Assembly (NCBI GenBank): GCA_964369315.1
Contig: CAYJEJ010000001.1
Coordinates: 4,091 to 68,090, forward strand
DNA length: 64,000 nt
Direction: 5' to 3'
Origin: an uncultured Alphaproteobacteria bacterium
GTDB lineage: Bacteria > Pseudomonadota > Alphaproteobacteria > UBA3830 > JAIRWN01
A model generated the notes under the pieces. It was not told where the DNA came from and searched no databases. It saw only the letters and a program-made list of their open reading frames with translations. Shown here piece by piece: positions 48,868 through 57,393 of the stretch. Position 1 is the first letter of the stretch; every line of letters begins with the position of its first letter. The position numbers and the translations under genes are program-made.

Positions 48868-49725
48868 TTAAGTGTTTTTTTGTTGACGTATGGCGAGCTG
48901 TAAAGCATTGTGCATCAAATAAGCAACGGTCATGGGACCAACGCCACCTGGAACAGGTGATATCGCCTTTGCAACATAGCTCACAGGAAGGAAATCTATA
49001 TCCCCATAGATTTTTTCGTCATGTTCTTTTTTAGATATGCCAACATCGATTACTATCGCACCCTCTTTGACCCAATCTGCTTTAACAAAACATGGTCTTC
49101 CAACAGCACTGATAACGATGTCACCTAAGCGACATATGTCGGGCAAATTTTGTGAATATGAGTGAACGAGACTAACACTGCAGTTGGTTTGTAAGAGCAT
49201 CTGTGCAAGAGGTTTTCCAACAATTTGAGACCGCCCTAACACAATGGCGTGCATACCAGCCAAGTCGCTACAGACTGAGCGTAACATGTGCAGCACTCCC
49301 ATAGGGGTGCAAGGAAAAACAGTCTCTGGTGCCCCAACGAATAACCTTCCTTGGTTTATGGAGGTGAGACCATCAACATCTTTATCTGGGCAGATGGTGT
49401 CAATCAACAATCTTGATGGAAGGTGTGCAGGTAAGGGAAGTTGTAATAAAATCCCATTAATTTTTGGGTTTTCGTTCAGTTGGTTGATTAGGGATGTGAC
49501 CTTTTCTAGAGAAGTTGTTTTGTCTAGTTCAAATTTTTCAACATTTATTCCAATAGATTCAGCTGTTTTTGTTTTGTTTCGTATATATACTTCACTAGCG
49601 GGGTCGTCCCCTATCTTAATGATTGCGAGGGTGACGTCAATTGACGATACAAGTAACTTTTCTTTTACTAATGCGGTAACATCTTTTGCTAGGGCTCTTC
49701 CATCGATAATTTCGCTCATAATCAC
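48868..49725 (-). CDS. folD: bifunctional methylenetetrahydrofolate dehydrogenase/cyclohydrolase
   Basis: 285 aa. IIDGRALA N-terminus, GILLQLPLP, VLGRSQIVGKPLA and PVPGGVGPMT. Confidence 0.94.
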   Translation of the reverse strand: MIMSEIIDGRALAKDVTALVKEKLLVSSIDVTLAIIKIGDDPASEVYIRNKTKTAESIGINVEKFELDKTTSLEKVTSLINQLNENPKINGILLQLPLPAHLPSRLLIDTICPDKDVDGLTSINQGRLFVGAPETVFPCTPMGVLHMLRSVCSDLAGMHAIVLGRSQIVGKPLAQMLLQTNCSVSLVHSYSQNLPDICRLGDIVISAVGRPCFVKADWVKEGAIVIDVGISKKEHDEKIYGDIDFLPVSYVAKAISPVPGGVGPMTVAYLMHNALQLAIRQQKNT

Positions 49726-50024
49726 CCCAAAAGTTTAACGGCTAACATGCTTAACATATTTCGAACGAACGATATTGTGAGGATAATAATCATGGGCGAT
49801 ATATCAAATCCGCCAATATTGGGGACAAAACGTCCAACATAATCAAAAAATGGGTCGGTTAACTTGCGTAATAATTCATATGAGCGGCACAAAAACTGAT
49901 GTTTCATGGTCAATAAACCAAAGTTAAAAAGCAGCTCTAGTACCACACGCGACATGACTATAAAAGACGCTATGCTAAGAATAGAGTCTAATAATTTAAA
50001 TAATGGAACCAATAAAATGTCCAT
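49722..50024 (-). CDS. yggT: YggT-family membrane protein
   Basis: 100 aa with two hydrophobic segments and ...DPFFDYVGRFVPNIGGFDISPMI..., typical of YggT. Confidence 0.75.
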   Translation of the reverse strand: MDILLVPLFKLLDSILSIASFIVMSRVVLELLFNFGLLTMKHQFLCRSYELLRKLTDPFFDYVGRFVPNIGGFDISPMIIILTISFVRNMLSMLAVKLLG

Positions 50025-50025
50025 T

Positions 50026-50271
50026 CTATGCCTCTATTTTATGTTCTACTAAACTTATTTTCTCGCCATCTTGAATGACTTTGTCTATCCGCAATTTTGC
50101 CTCATCGAGGACTTGTTGGCAGTGTTTACGAAGTTTGTTGCCCTTTTCGTAAAGCTCAATTGCTTGGTCTAGGGGGGTGTTGCCTTCCTCTAGTTTACGA
50201 ACTATTGCCTCGAGCTCTTGAAGGGCTTGTTCAAATTTTAAATTTTTTATCTCTTCCACGACAGGTCTCAC
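50026..50271 (-). CDS. xseB: exodeoxyribonuclease VII small subunit
   Basis: 81 aa. FEQALQELEAIVRKLEEGNTPLDQAIELYEKG. Confidence 0.9.
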   Translation of the reverse strand: MRPVVEEIKNLKFEQALQELEAIVRKLEEGNTPLDQAIELYEKGNKLRKHCQQVLDEAKLRIDKVIQDGEKISLVEHKIEA

Positions 50272-50355
50272 CTATAACACACGCCAAAATTTTAACACAA
50301 CAATCATGGTTAAACAAGAAATCACCTGAGCTAATTTCCAGCTTTTATATCAAAA

Positions 50356-51285
50356 TTAATTCGGTTTGTACTTATATCCATTATCTATTGTTGTGTTTGA
50401 GTTTAAGTGACGGATTACGTATTGCCCGCAGTTGCTACCGATGATGTTTTCTTCCAGATCGCCAATGCTGACTATCAAGTCATATCCATGTTTTTTTAAG
50501 TCATCAAACAGTCTGGAGCTTTGATTATCTTCAGATATCAATGATGAAATATTATTTTTAATGACGCTATGTGTGGGGTTGATGGGCGTGATTTTTATTA
50601 AAAATTTTTCTGGGTCAAAGAAGTTAATTAAGACGTTTGAATCAATCTCTGCATCTTTAGAAAGAGCAAAATTAAGCGTGATTTTTCTATCCCCCGCTCT
50701 ATAAAGCTTTTCACCGAAGTGTGCTATTTTAGTGAAGTCCCATTTTTTTATAGGCATAAGCCAATTTCTATAATTTTCATCAGTTGAGTGTATCGAAAAT
50801 TGCATTTGAAACGAACCTTGTTTCATTTCATGAAAAATCGTTAAAAGCTGGTCGAAAAAAACATCACATCCTGCGGGTGCAATGCTCGAAATTGACGGCA
50901 TATAAGAGCTTAGAGCATATTTTTTAGGGATATCTTTTATTACGTCTAATACGCTGTTATTGAGTGCAGGCTCTCCCATGCGGGAAAATTGTATTTTAAA
51001 TTTTTCTACAGGGACGCTTAACGTCGGATATCTAGACTTAATTAAATAATCGATTTGAAACATCATCTCATCGTAAGAGACCAAACCTTGATAAGTCCCT
51101 CCTGCGTCACAAAACCGACATTGTGCTGGGCACCCGTAAAGTGTCGAAATCATCAACACCCACTTTTGTTCCCTAGTATTAGGGGGTTGTATAGATTCCA
51201 CAAATTCGCACTGCTTACCCTCATTATTTTCGCCAATATAAACAGTGGCGATTTTATCGTTTCCTATTTTTGAAATTATTTTCAT
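50356..51285 (-). CDS. radical SAM enzyme, RlmN/Cfr-like core without the N-terminal domain
   Basis: 309 aa. Cluster motif GCPAQCRFCDAG (CxxxCxxC). MGEPALN resembles RlmN GMGEPL. FSIHSTDENYRNWLMPIKKW resembles RlmN SLHAPxxxxRxxxxPINKKY. IKITPINPT resembles NLIPFNP. C-terminal SNCGQY resembles AACGQL. Confidence 0.7.
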   Translation of the reverse strand: MKIISKIGNDKIATVYIGENNEGKQCEFVESIQPPNTREQKWVLMISTLYGCPAQCRFCDAGGTYQGLVSYDEMMFQIDYLIKSRYPTLSVPVEKFKIQFSRMGEPALNNSVLDVIKDIPKKYALSSYMPSISSIAPAGCDVFFDQLLTIFHEMKQGSFQMQFSIHSTDENYRNWLMPIKKWDFTKIAHFGEKLYRAGDRKITLNFALSKDAEIDSNVLINFFDPEKFLIKITPINPTHSVIKNNISSLISEDNQSSRLFDDLKKHGYDLIVSIGDLEENIIGSNCGQYVIRHLNSNTTIDNGYKYKPN

Positions 51286-52148
51286 AAATTACACTCTTTT
51301 TTCAGAAATTCGTTGATTTTCATTGCCGCCCTCACCCCATCGCCCACAGCGATTGAGCATTGCCTAAACAATCCATTTTTTACATCCCCAGCTTGTTGAT
51401 AGGCATCAAGATTTGGGTAAAGCTTTTTTAAGTTGTTCGAGAGAAATCCATCGTTTGGCTCACGTCCGATAGCAGCGATAATCATATCGAACTGGCGGGT
51501 TTCATCAGCGTTTCTGTGTATCATGATTTTATCCTCACAACTTGTAATTTGCGTTATGCGAAAATTGGCTAAATACTCTATGGAATCAAGGCTTATCGCC
51601 CTTTCATAAATAACCCCTAGGCTTTTGATTATATCTGTTCTATTTAAAATTGTAATATTGTTTTTTCGGGAAAGGTTTAATGCATAATCAAAGGCGGCGT
51701 CTCCAGCACCGATAATAGCAATATTTTTCCCTTGAATATTTTTTAGCGTCGCAATTTCATAATAAATCCTTGTCAATGCGTTATTATCAATCGGAAAGCC
51801 CAAGTTTTTCTTCGCTTTCGTGCCTGAAGCGACAATGAGAGATTTTGAAACATATGTGTGGTGCAAGGTGTTGATGTGAAAAAATGAATGAGAATAGTCT
51901 GCCAAAATTACAGTGTCTTTTATCACTGAAACGTCAGAGTTGATTGCAAAACTTTCGAGCTCATGAGCGAATTGTTCACCAGAAATTCCGTTATAATAGT
52001 TGGGATAATTCTCTATTAAATTTGCATTTCTTACCAAACCGCCAACGCAAGATTTCTCGATGATGGCAGACTTGAAACCATATCGTTTTATTTGACATGC
52101 TGCGGCTATACCAGCAGGTCCGCCACCGATTATTAGACAATCAAACAT
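51282..52148 (-). CDS. thioredoxin-reductase-like FAD/NAD(P) flavoprotein lacking the redox CxxC
   Basis: Start is MFDCLIIGGGPAGIAAA at 52148. Second dinucleotide motif IAIIGAGDAAFDYA and C-terminal AGDV...GDG. No CATC/CxxC is present where TrxR has it. ATGA overlap with the radical SAM gene. Confidence 0.75.
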   Translation of the reverse strand: MFDCLIIGGGPAGIAAACQIKRYGFKSAIIEKSCVGGLVRNANLIENYPNYYNGISGEQFAHELESFAINSDVSVIKDTVILADYSHSFFHINTLHHTYVSKSLIVASGTKAKKNLGFPIDNNALTRIYYEIATLKNIQGKNIAIIGAGDAAFDYALNLSRKNNITILNRTDIIKSLGVIYERAISLDSIEYLANFRITQITSCEDKIMIHRNADETRQFDMIIAAIGREPNDGFLSNNLKKLYPNLDAYQQAGDVKNGLFRQCSIAVGDGVRAAMKINEFLKKECNL

Positions 52149-52798
52149 TGTTCTTCCCGAGCATATATATCTTTCGCGACACAAACATATGCAAAACCAT
52201 GTGATAAATTTAAAACAGACGCCTCATGTAGCCTGAGGGTATATGTCGCGGTGGAATCGACTGGAAAAAAAACCTTATATCCACGCACGAATGCCGAGCG
52301 AACAGTCGTTTCGCAACATAAGTGTGTGGTGACACCTGTGACGACAACAGAAGAGGTGTTGTGTGTTTCTAGTGATTTTTCTAAATCCGTATTAAAAAAA
52401 GCGTCATATTGGGTTTTTGTTATGATAAATCCATCTGAGAGAGGTAATTTTGTGGAAATATTGCTGTATTGCACATTTAATATATCGTTCCACCAAACGC
52501 CCATCATTTTCGCATTATTATGGTTATTCATATGTTGAGTGAAAAAAATAGGACGCCTGTGTGACTTAAAAAAATCTATCAAATGCTTGATATTTTTTAC
52601 AATTGCTTCAGAAGATGGAACATGTGCATGAGAGCCCTCTTCGAGGAAATAATCCTGCATATCAACCACTAATAAAGCAGAAGAAAATATATCGAAATCA
52701 ACTGGGCGTATGTAAGGGGTATTTGAGATAATATTCCTTGCAACGGTTTCGATAGAATTACAACAAAAATATTTTTCTTTTATCGCCATGACTATCAA
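52133..52798 (-). CDS. isochorismatase-family (cysteine) hydrolase
   Basis: 221 aa. ALLVVDMQ (Asp), KTQYDAF (Lys) and VTGVTTHLCCETT (Cys) form the family catalytic triad. 16-nt overlap with the flavoprotein gene. Confidence 0.8.
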   Translation of the reverse strand: MIVMAIKEKYFCCNSIETVARNIISNTPYIRPVDFDIFSSALLVVDMQDYFLEEGSHAHVPSSEAIVKNIKHLIDFFKSHRRPIFFTQHMNNHNNAKMMGVWWNDILNVQYSNISTKLPLSDGFIITKTQYDAFFNTDLEKSLETHNTSSVVVTGVTTHLCCETTVRSAFVRGYKVFFPVDSTATYTLRLHEASVLNLSHGFAYVCVAKDIYAREEQCLIV

Positions 52799-52890
52799 AT
52801 GATAAGCCTTTAAAGAATTCTCATCAACTGAAATTTACTTCACCACATAATCAAAGTTACAGTCATTTTTTAAGCACTTAAATATTTGGT

Positions 52891-54585
52891 TTAATCGCCA
52901 GAAAAATGTATTGGTCTTGGGTCGTTGCTATAGGATTTAAATATTCTTTTATCAGCAGCGTCGATTGTGATGTTTTCATTCGGGACGATATGCACTCTTA
53001 AAAAAATCACCAGTTCGGTCACATCATTTGTCCTGCTGCGTCCCCTTGTAATTTCACTCAGGACAGGCATCTTGTCTGTTGCGGGGATGCCATAGTTTTT
53101 TCTGTCAGTATTTTCTTGCATTAATCCGCCCATAATAATCCCTTGTCCAGATTGGACTTTTAGTATGGAATCTATTTCACGCACCTCAACGACAGGCACT
53201 TCCGAGCAGATGCTGTTTAATATTGATGATAGCTTGGCGGTATCTGTTGTATTGTTTTGTGTCAGTTGGCTAGCCAATACGGATATTGCTGGGTCTTTTT
53301 TGACGCTTACAACCCTTGAAATGGTCGGTCTGATGGTTAAAATGACCTCGCCAGTTTCTAGGTTGATTGCAGGTTGTACTGCCATGATTAACCCTATTGG
53401 CACCGCTTGCATTTTGCTCTCTGCTGTGACGTAGTCTCTGGAGGTAGTTGCTGTCTCATTTTTAGTATTGTGCGTGAATTTTATTTGAAAAAATATTTCA
53501 TTTTTTGCAACCTTGAGCACGGCAGTTTGGTTGTTCATAACCGTTATTCTTGGGTTTGAAAGCGTTCTGACACTGCCGAAACCCTCGATAAATTTTAATA
53601 TACTAGAGATGTTTTTACTAGTATATCCGAGGGTATACAAGTTCGCATCACCAGAGAGGATGTTCACTGATGCGTCTTGGATGCTGGCTCCTGTTGGGAC
53701 GCCAATGATTTGGCTAGACATTCCCGATTGCCAGTCTATGCCGCTTTTAAATTTATCATTTAGCGTTACTTCAAAAATTTTTGCCTCTATTAACACCTGG
53801 GAGGTGGCGGTCATTTTCAGGGCGTTAATATATGTGCTAATTAGCCTATGCTGGCGTTCAGTTGCTGTTATCGACATCAACCCGCCTTGTTTATGAATTG
53901 ATACGGGTTTTTGTAGTCCATGTGGGTCATTGGCATTAATAATTGCATTAAGTGTGAACTCTAACTCCTGCCAAAAGTCGACATTCGTTTCACCTTTTAT
54001 GGTGTTATTGGAGCCGTTTATAGTCATATTATCATCTTCTTTTTTATTCTTGCTTTTAAACATATCTGGTGTGGTCGACAGCTCGCTGCTCCCATGCCTC
54101 GCCATTGATAAAAATTGCAAATTATAAAGCTTTAAATACGGTTTATCGGGCTCTATATGAACCGTAGAGCCCTTGATTTTATAGCGTAATTTACTCATCT
54201 CACATAAGTCCGCGATGACTTCAATAAATTGTCTATCTTTTGCATTAAACTCGACAGGAGATTTTATTTTGGATGACACCACAATACTGATGCCGAGCTG
54301 TTTTGCAATTTCTATCAACACTTTGTTGATTGGTGCGGATTCAGAAAAAGAAATGCTCACTTTTGACAAAAATTTTGGGCTTATTGGTTGTTCGTTGGGT
54401 AAGATGTTTTTTATTGGTTTATATTTTTCAGGAGGCAGATAATTTTTTGGCGGTTCGGTTATGGTTGCTAATACTTTTCTTTCAATGGCTTTTTTATCGA
54501 GCTCGGTTTTGCTCATATACTGAGAACAGCTTGCGAGGGATAAGATGATTAAACAAAAGGCGAACAAACTCAGGTATGTTTTCAT
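52891..54585 (-). CDS. secretin-family outer-membrane channel, lipoprotein type (MshL/PilQ/GspD-like)
   Basis: 564 aa. Lipobox LSLASC. Secretin core ...VLIEAKIFEVTLND...GIDW... and C-terminal ...GGLMQEN...GIPATDKMPVLSEI...ELVIFLRVHIV. Confidence 0.8.
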   Translation of the reverse strand: MKTYLSLFAFCLIILSLASCSQYMSKTELDKKAIERKVLATITEPPKNYLPPEKYKPIKNILPNEQPISPKFLSKVSISFSESAPINKVLIEIAKQLGISIVVSSKIKSPVEFNAKDRQFIEVIADLCEMSKLRYKIKGSTVHIEPDKPYLKLYNLQFLSMARHGSSELSTTPDMFKSKNKKEDDNMTINGSNNTIKGETNVDFWQELEFTLNAIINANDPHGLQKPVSIHKQGGLMSITATERQHRLISTYINALKMTATSQVLIEAKIFEVTLNDKFKSGIDWQSGMSSQIIGVPTGASIQDASVNILSGDANLYTLGYTSKNISSILKFIEGFGSVRTLSNPRITVMNNQTAVLKVAKNEIFFQIKFTHNTKNETATTSRDYVTAESKMQAVPIGLIMAVQPAINLETGEVILTIRPTISRVVSVKKDPAISVLASQLTQNNTTDTAKLSSILNSICSEVPVVEVREIDSILKVQSGQGIIMGGLMQENTDRKNYGIPATDKMPVLSEITRGRSRTNDVTELVIFLRVHIVPNENITIDAADKRIFKSYSNDPRPIHFSGD

Positions 54586-54666
54586 ACCGAAGTTTTATCA
54601 GAAAAATTTAGTTAAATAAATATTAATTTTTATCGAATTCGTCAAAATATTAATTTGAGGTTAATA

Positions 54667-55455
54667 TTACCTATACAAACCCTTAATTCCTGTCAAAGTC
54701 AGAACACCTATAAAAAACAAAACTGCAATGAACAAACCTGATATAATAAAAGCAAGAGTTAACAGTTTAGAAGCCTTGTATTTATTGAACAACTCATACA
54801 GTTTATAAATAATATTATGAACAACAGAGTTTAGGCGTGAAAAAATTGATAATGATATAGTTATTAAAGGAATAAGAAGAAAGCCATACTTAAATTTAAC
54901 ATCGCCATAACTATAACTCTTAAACGTCATATAAAAAATGTTAAGGGCTAAAAGAAAAGCTGTAATAAACTTGGGAATATATTTTTTGTAGCAGAAATTA
55001 GGGTTGAAGTTTTTTCTAATCCAAGTTTTTAAAATATTTATGCTTAATATGATAGGCAATAAATGACCTATCATTACTCCAGCTACAACATTTATAGATA
55101 GTTTGTCGTTTGATATTGCCAAAATAAACCATCCCAACAATGATGCTGATACGAAAATAGGTATGGTTATAAGAAAAATATTAAGGTACTTATCACGTAA
55201 TTCAGGAGCCGATTTTAATAATATTTTTTTAATAAAACATGCAATTAAAAAAACTATAAAAATAACAAATAAAATAGAACAGAGCCCACATTCTTGTCGA
55301 CCAAAATCCCCCACAATCTGATTATTAGTCTGCCCACCTTCAGTTTGTATAGGGTCAACTTGTACTGGTTCATTTTTGTTTTCCTCGTTGATATTAGCGT
55401 TGTCTTCGGATTGAGACTCATTGCCAAAGATATAGTCATGGATATCAGAGTCCAC
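54667..55455 (-). CDS. hypothetical polytopic membrane protein (about 6 TM) with an acidic/Asn-rich N-terminus
   Basis: 262 aa. The GTG start overlaps the stop of the upstream 606-aa ORF by 11 nt. Its first ~37 codons lie inside direct repeat DR-L. Confidence 0.5.
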   Translation of the reverse strand: MDSDIHDYIFGNESQSEDNANINEENKNEPVQVDPIQTEGGQTNNQIVGDFGRQECGLCSILFVIFIVFLIACFIKKILLKSAPELRDKYLNIFLITIPIFVSASLLGWFILAISNDKLSINVVAGVMIGHLLPIILSINILKTWIRKNFNPNFCYKKYIPKFITAFLLALNIFYMTFKSYSYGDVKFKYGFLLIPLITISLSIFSRLNSVVHNIIYKLYELFNKYKASKLLTLAFIISGLFIAVLFFIGVLTLTGIKGLYR

Positions 55456-55513
55456 CGTATTCCACCACTTTGTTTGTTAAGAACTGTTTGTTTGGGTCTT
55501 TTAGGTAGACTTT
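55344..55513. repeat. direct repeat DR-L (170 bp)
   Basis: Aligns with 57236-57393. Near-identical blocks are tttgtatagggtcaacttg(t/c)actggttcattttt... and cgtattccaccac(t/a)(t/a)tgtttgttaagaactgtttgtttgggtctt. The middle is diverged with a 12-bp length difference. Confidence 0.9.
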
Positions 55514-57265
55514 TTGTTTAGTCGTTGGATGTATGTAGTAGAGATTATACCTCGATCCATTGAGGTGTTCGCCTACGACTGTGGCTTTTAGTGTTTCTTT
55601 CGATGACCCAATGTGTCCGCTCACGTCTACGTTTGCTTGTGATACTCCTTTGGTTTTGAAATACACGACGTTGTAGTCTGGTGTTGTGCAATCTTTGATG
55701 TTGATGTTTTGTTTTGTCCAGTCTTTAATTCTATCTGGTTTGAAGACTAGGTCTGGTTGATTTTTCGTGCACGTGTTTATAGCCAAAGCCGTTATGTTCT
55801 TCACGTACTCAGGTGAGAGGTTGCCTGTTACCTCAGGAGCCATGAACATTAGGTGTCCATCATTTAGAGCGGAAGTGGAGCTCATGCGTTGGACTTCAGC
55901 CTTTGCGAATGTTTCAGCATCTGATGAGCTTAGCCCTAGCCTCATACCTTCTGCTAACTTATTCCTCAAGAACACGGACGCTTTATGTATGTCATTGCCT
56001 CCGACCTCTACTGATTGCCAAAACCAAAAGTTTTGGTCGAACATTGCCTTAGCCTTGCTTTCAGCGTCAAACTTCTTGATGGTTTCTCGTTGGTCGTCAG
56101 TCAAGCCTGTTCTGTTTTTCTCGAAGATGATTTGTCTGTATCGTTTAATGTTTTCGTATGTATGGGATTTTGGGTCGTTGGGGTTGAACGATGCCTCGAC
56201 CATTGTTGCGAATGCGTTATAGCTTTCGGTGTTGATGGACGAGATGTTCTCAGCTCTTAATCCTTGAGACACTCTGAACGCCCCGACAGCCTCGACCACT
56301 TCAGTTGCCCCGCCATACTTGAAAGCGTTCTCAATCTTCTTGCAGTATTTGTTGAGGTTGGTGTGATACTTAGCACCTTGGATTGCGTACACATTGGCAG
56401 TTGGCTCGCCGTTCTGACCTGACAAGATAGACAACTCATACTCGAATGCTTTGTTTAGTTGTTCATTAGTTAGTCCTGTTTCTGTGTCGGTCTCAGCATG
56501 TTTGCACACTAGTGCGTAATTGTCTTGAGCTTTGAGCGTAGCCTTATCCTTTTGAACCAGTCTAGCCATGAGCTTATTTCTCTGGACTTCCGAGAGGTAC
56601 TGGCTTCCTACGATGTCTTGTTCAGTCAGAGTTCCTTTGACGAGTTGTATCTTAAGTTCAGTCTCTTCGATGTTGGCTCTATTCTTGAGGTCAGCCTCTG
56701 CAACTTTCTCGGCTTGTCTCTCTCTTTTCTCGAGGGACTTGATGCTAGAAGCAACGAACCTCTGAAGGCTTTGACGTTTCTCGGCGGACAGATTGCTAGT
56801 ATGTTCTTTGCTATTAAGCAGAGCCATTGCGTTGTAAGGGTCTTTGGAGACATGTCCGAGAATAACGTTCGCGTCGAAGTCTTCAGTAAGCTTCTTCTCG
56901 AACTTGTTGTAGTCACTAGCAGGCAAGATGCCTTTGCAGTTCTCGATGGTTTGTTTGTAGTTGACCCATATTGCGTCTTTGTTTTCAGGTGTATCTCGCA
57001 AGATGTTTAGCATTTGACCGGCTTGTTGCAGTGCGGACTGTCTGGTGTTTGCTACCCGCATAGCGTTTTCCTCCGAGAAGGATTTGTTAGCCCAGTCTTG
57101 ATGGAGTTTCATGGAGAACGTATCTAGTGCCTTAGACACATTGTCGGTGGAAGCGTTTTTCTTTAAGTCGTCTTTATGTTTACCGACTTGACCGGTCATG
57201 AACTGCATGTACCCTTCACCGGACGGGTTAGACTGTTTGTATAGGGTCAACTTGCACTGGTTCAT
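55445..57265 (-). CDS. hypothetical ~590-606-aa protein with distinct codon usage (possibly phage- or HGT-derived)
   Basis: Long uninterrupted ORF. Alternative start MQFMTGQ at 57208 is preceded by GAAGGG. No signal peptide. Helical Lys/Glu-rich N-terminal half and beta-rich C-terminus. No motif recognised. Confidence 0.55.
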   Translation of the reverse strand: MNQCKLTLYKQSNPSGEGYMQFMTGQVGKHKDDLKKNASTDNVSKALDTFSMKLHQDWANKSFSEENAMRVANTRQSALQQAGQMLNILRDTPENKDAIWVNYKQTIENCKGILPASDYNKFEKKLTEDFDANVILGHVSKDPYNAMALLNSKEHTSNLSAEKRQSLQRFVASSIKSLEKRERQAEKVAEADLKNRANIEETELKIQLVKGTLTEQDIVGSQYLSEVQRNKLMARLVQKDKATLKAQDNYALVCKHAETDTETGLTNEQLNKAFEYELSILSGQNGEPTANVYAIQGAKYHTNLNKYCKKIENAFKYGGATEVVEAVGAFRVSQGLRAENISSINTESYNAFATMVEASFNPNDPKSHTYENIKRYRQIIFEKNRTGLTDDQRETIKKFDAESKAKAMFDQNFWFWQSVEVGGNDIHKASVFLRNKLAEGMRLGLSSSDAETFAKAEVQRMSSTSALNDGHLMFMAPEVTGNLSPEYVKNITALAINTCTKNQPDLVFKPDRIKDWTKQNINIKDCTTPDYNVVYFKTKGVSQANVDVSGHIGSSKETLKATVVGEHLNGSRYNLYYIHPTTKQKVYLKDPNKQFLTNKVVEYGGL

Positions 57266-57335
57266 TTTTCTTTTCCTCGTTGATGTTAGCGTTGTCCTCG
57301 GATTGAAGCAAAATGTCAGAGATATTATATCCCAT
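57228..57335 (-). pseudogene. truncated second copy of the 5' end of the membrane-protein gene
   Basis: Encodes MGYNISDILLQSEDNANINEEKKNEPVQVDPIQTV*, compared with MDSDIHDYIFGNESQSEDNANINEENKNEPVQVDPIQTEGGQ... at 55455. Homology ends exactly where DR-R ends. Confidence 0.6.
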
Positions 57336-57393
57336 CGTATTCCACCACTATGTTTGTTAAGAACTGTTTGTTTGGGTCTTTGAGGTAGACTTT
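57236..57393. repeat. direct repeat DR-R (158 bp)
   Basis: Partner of DR-L, 1,892 bp away. Together they bracket the body of the 606-aa ORF. Confidence 0.9.

Noticed and set aside
55767-57010. Three plus-strand ORFs (151, 81 and 161 aa) inside the 606-aa gene
   Set aside because: They are antisense to a much longer uninterrupted ORF. The strong C-ending codon bias of the sense gene keeps them open. There are no RBS or motifs.
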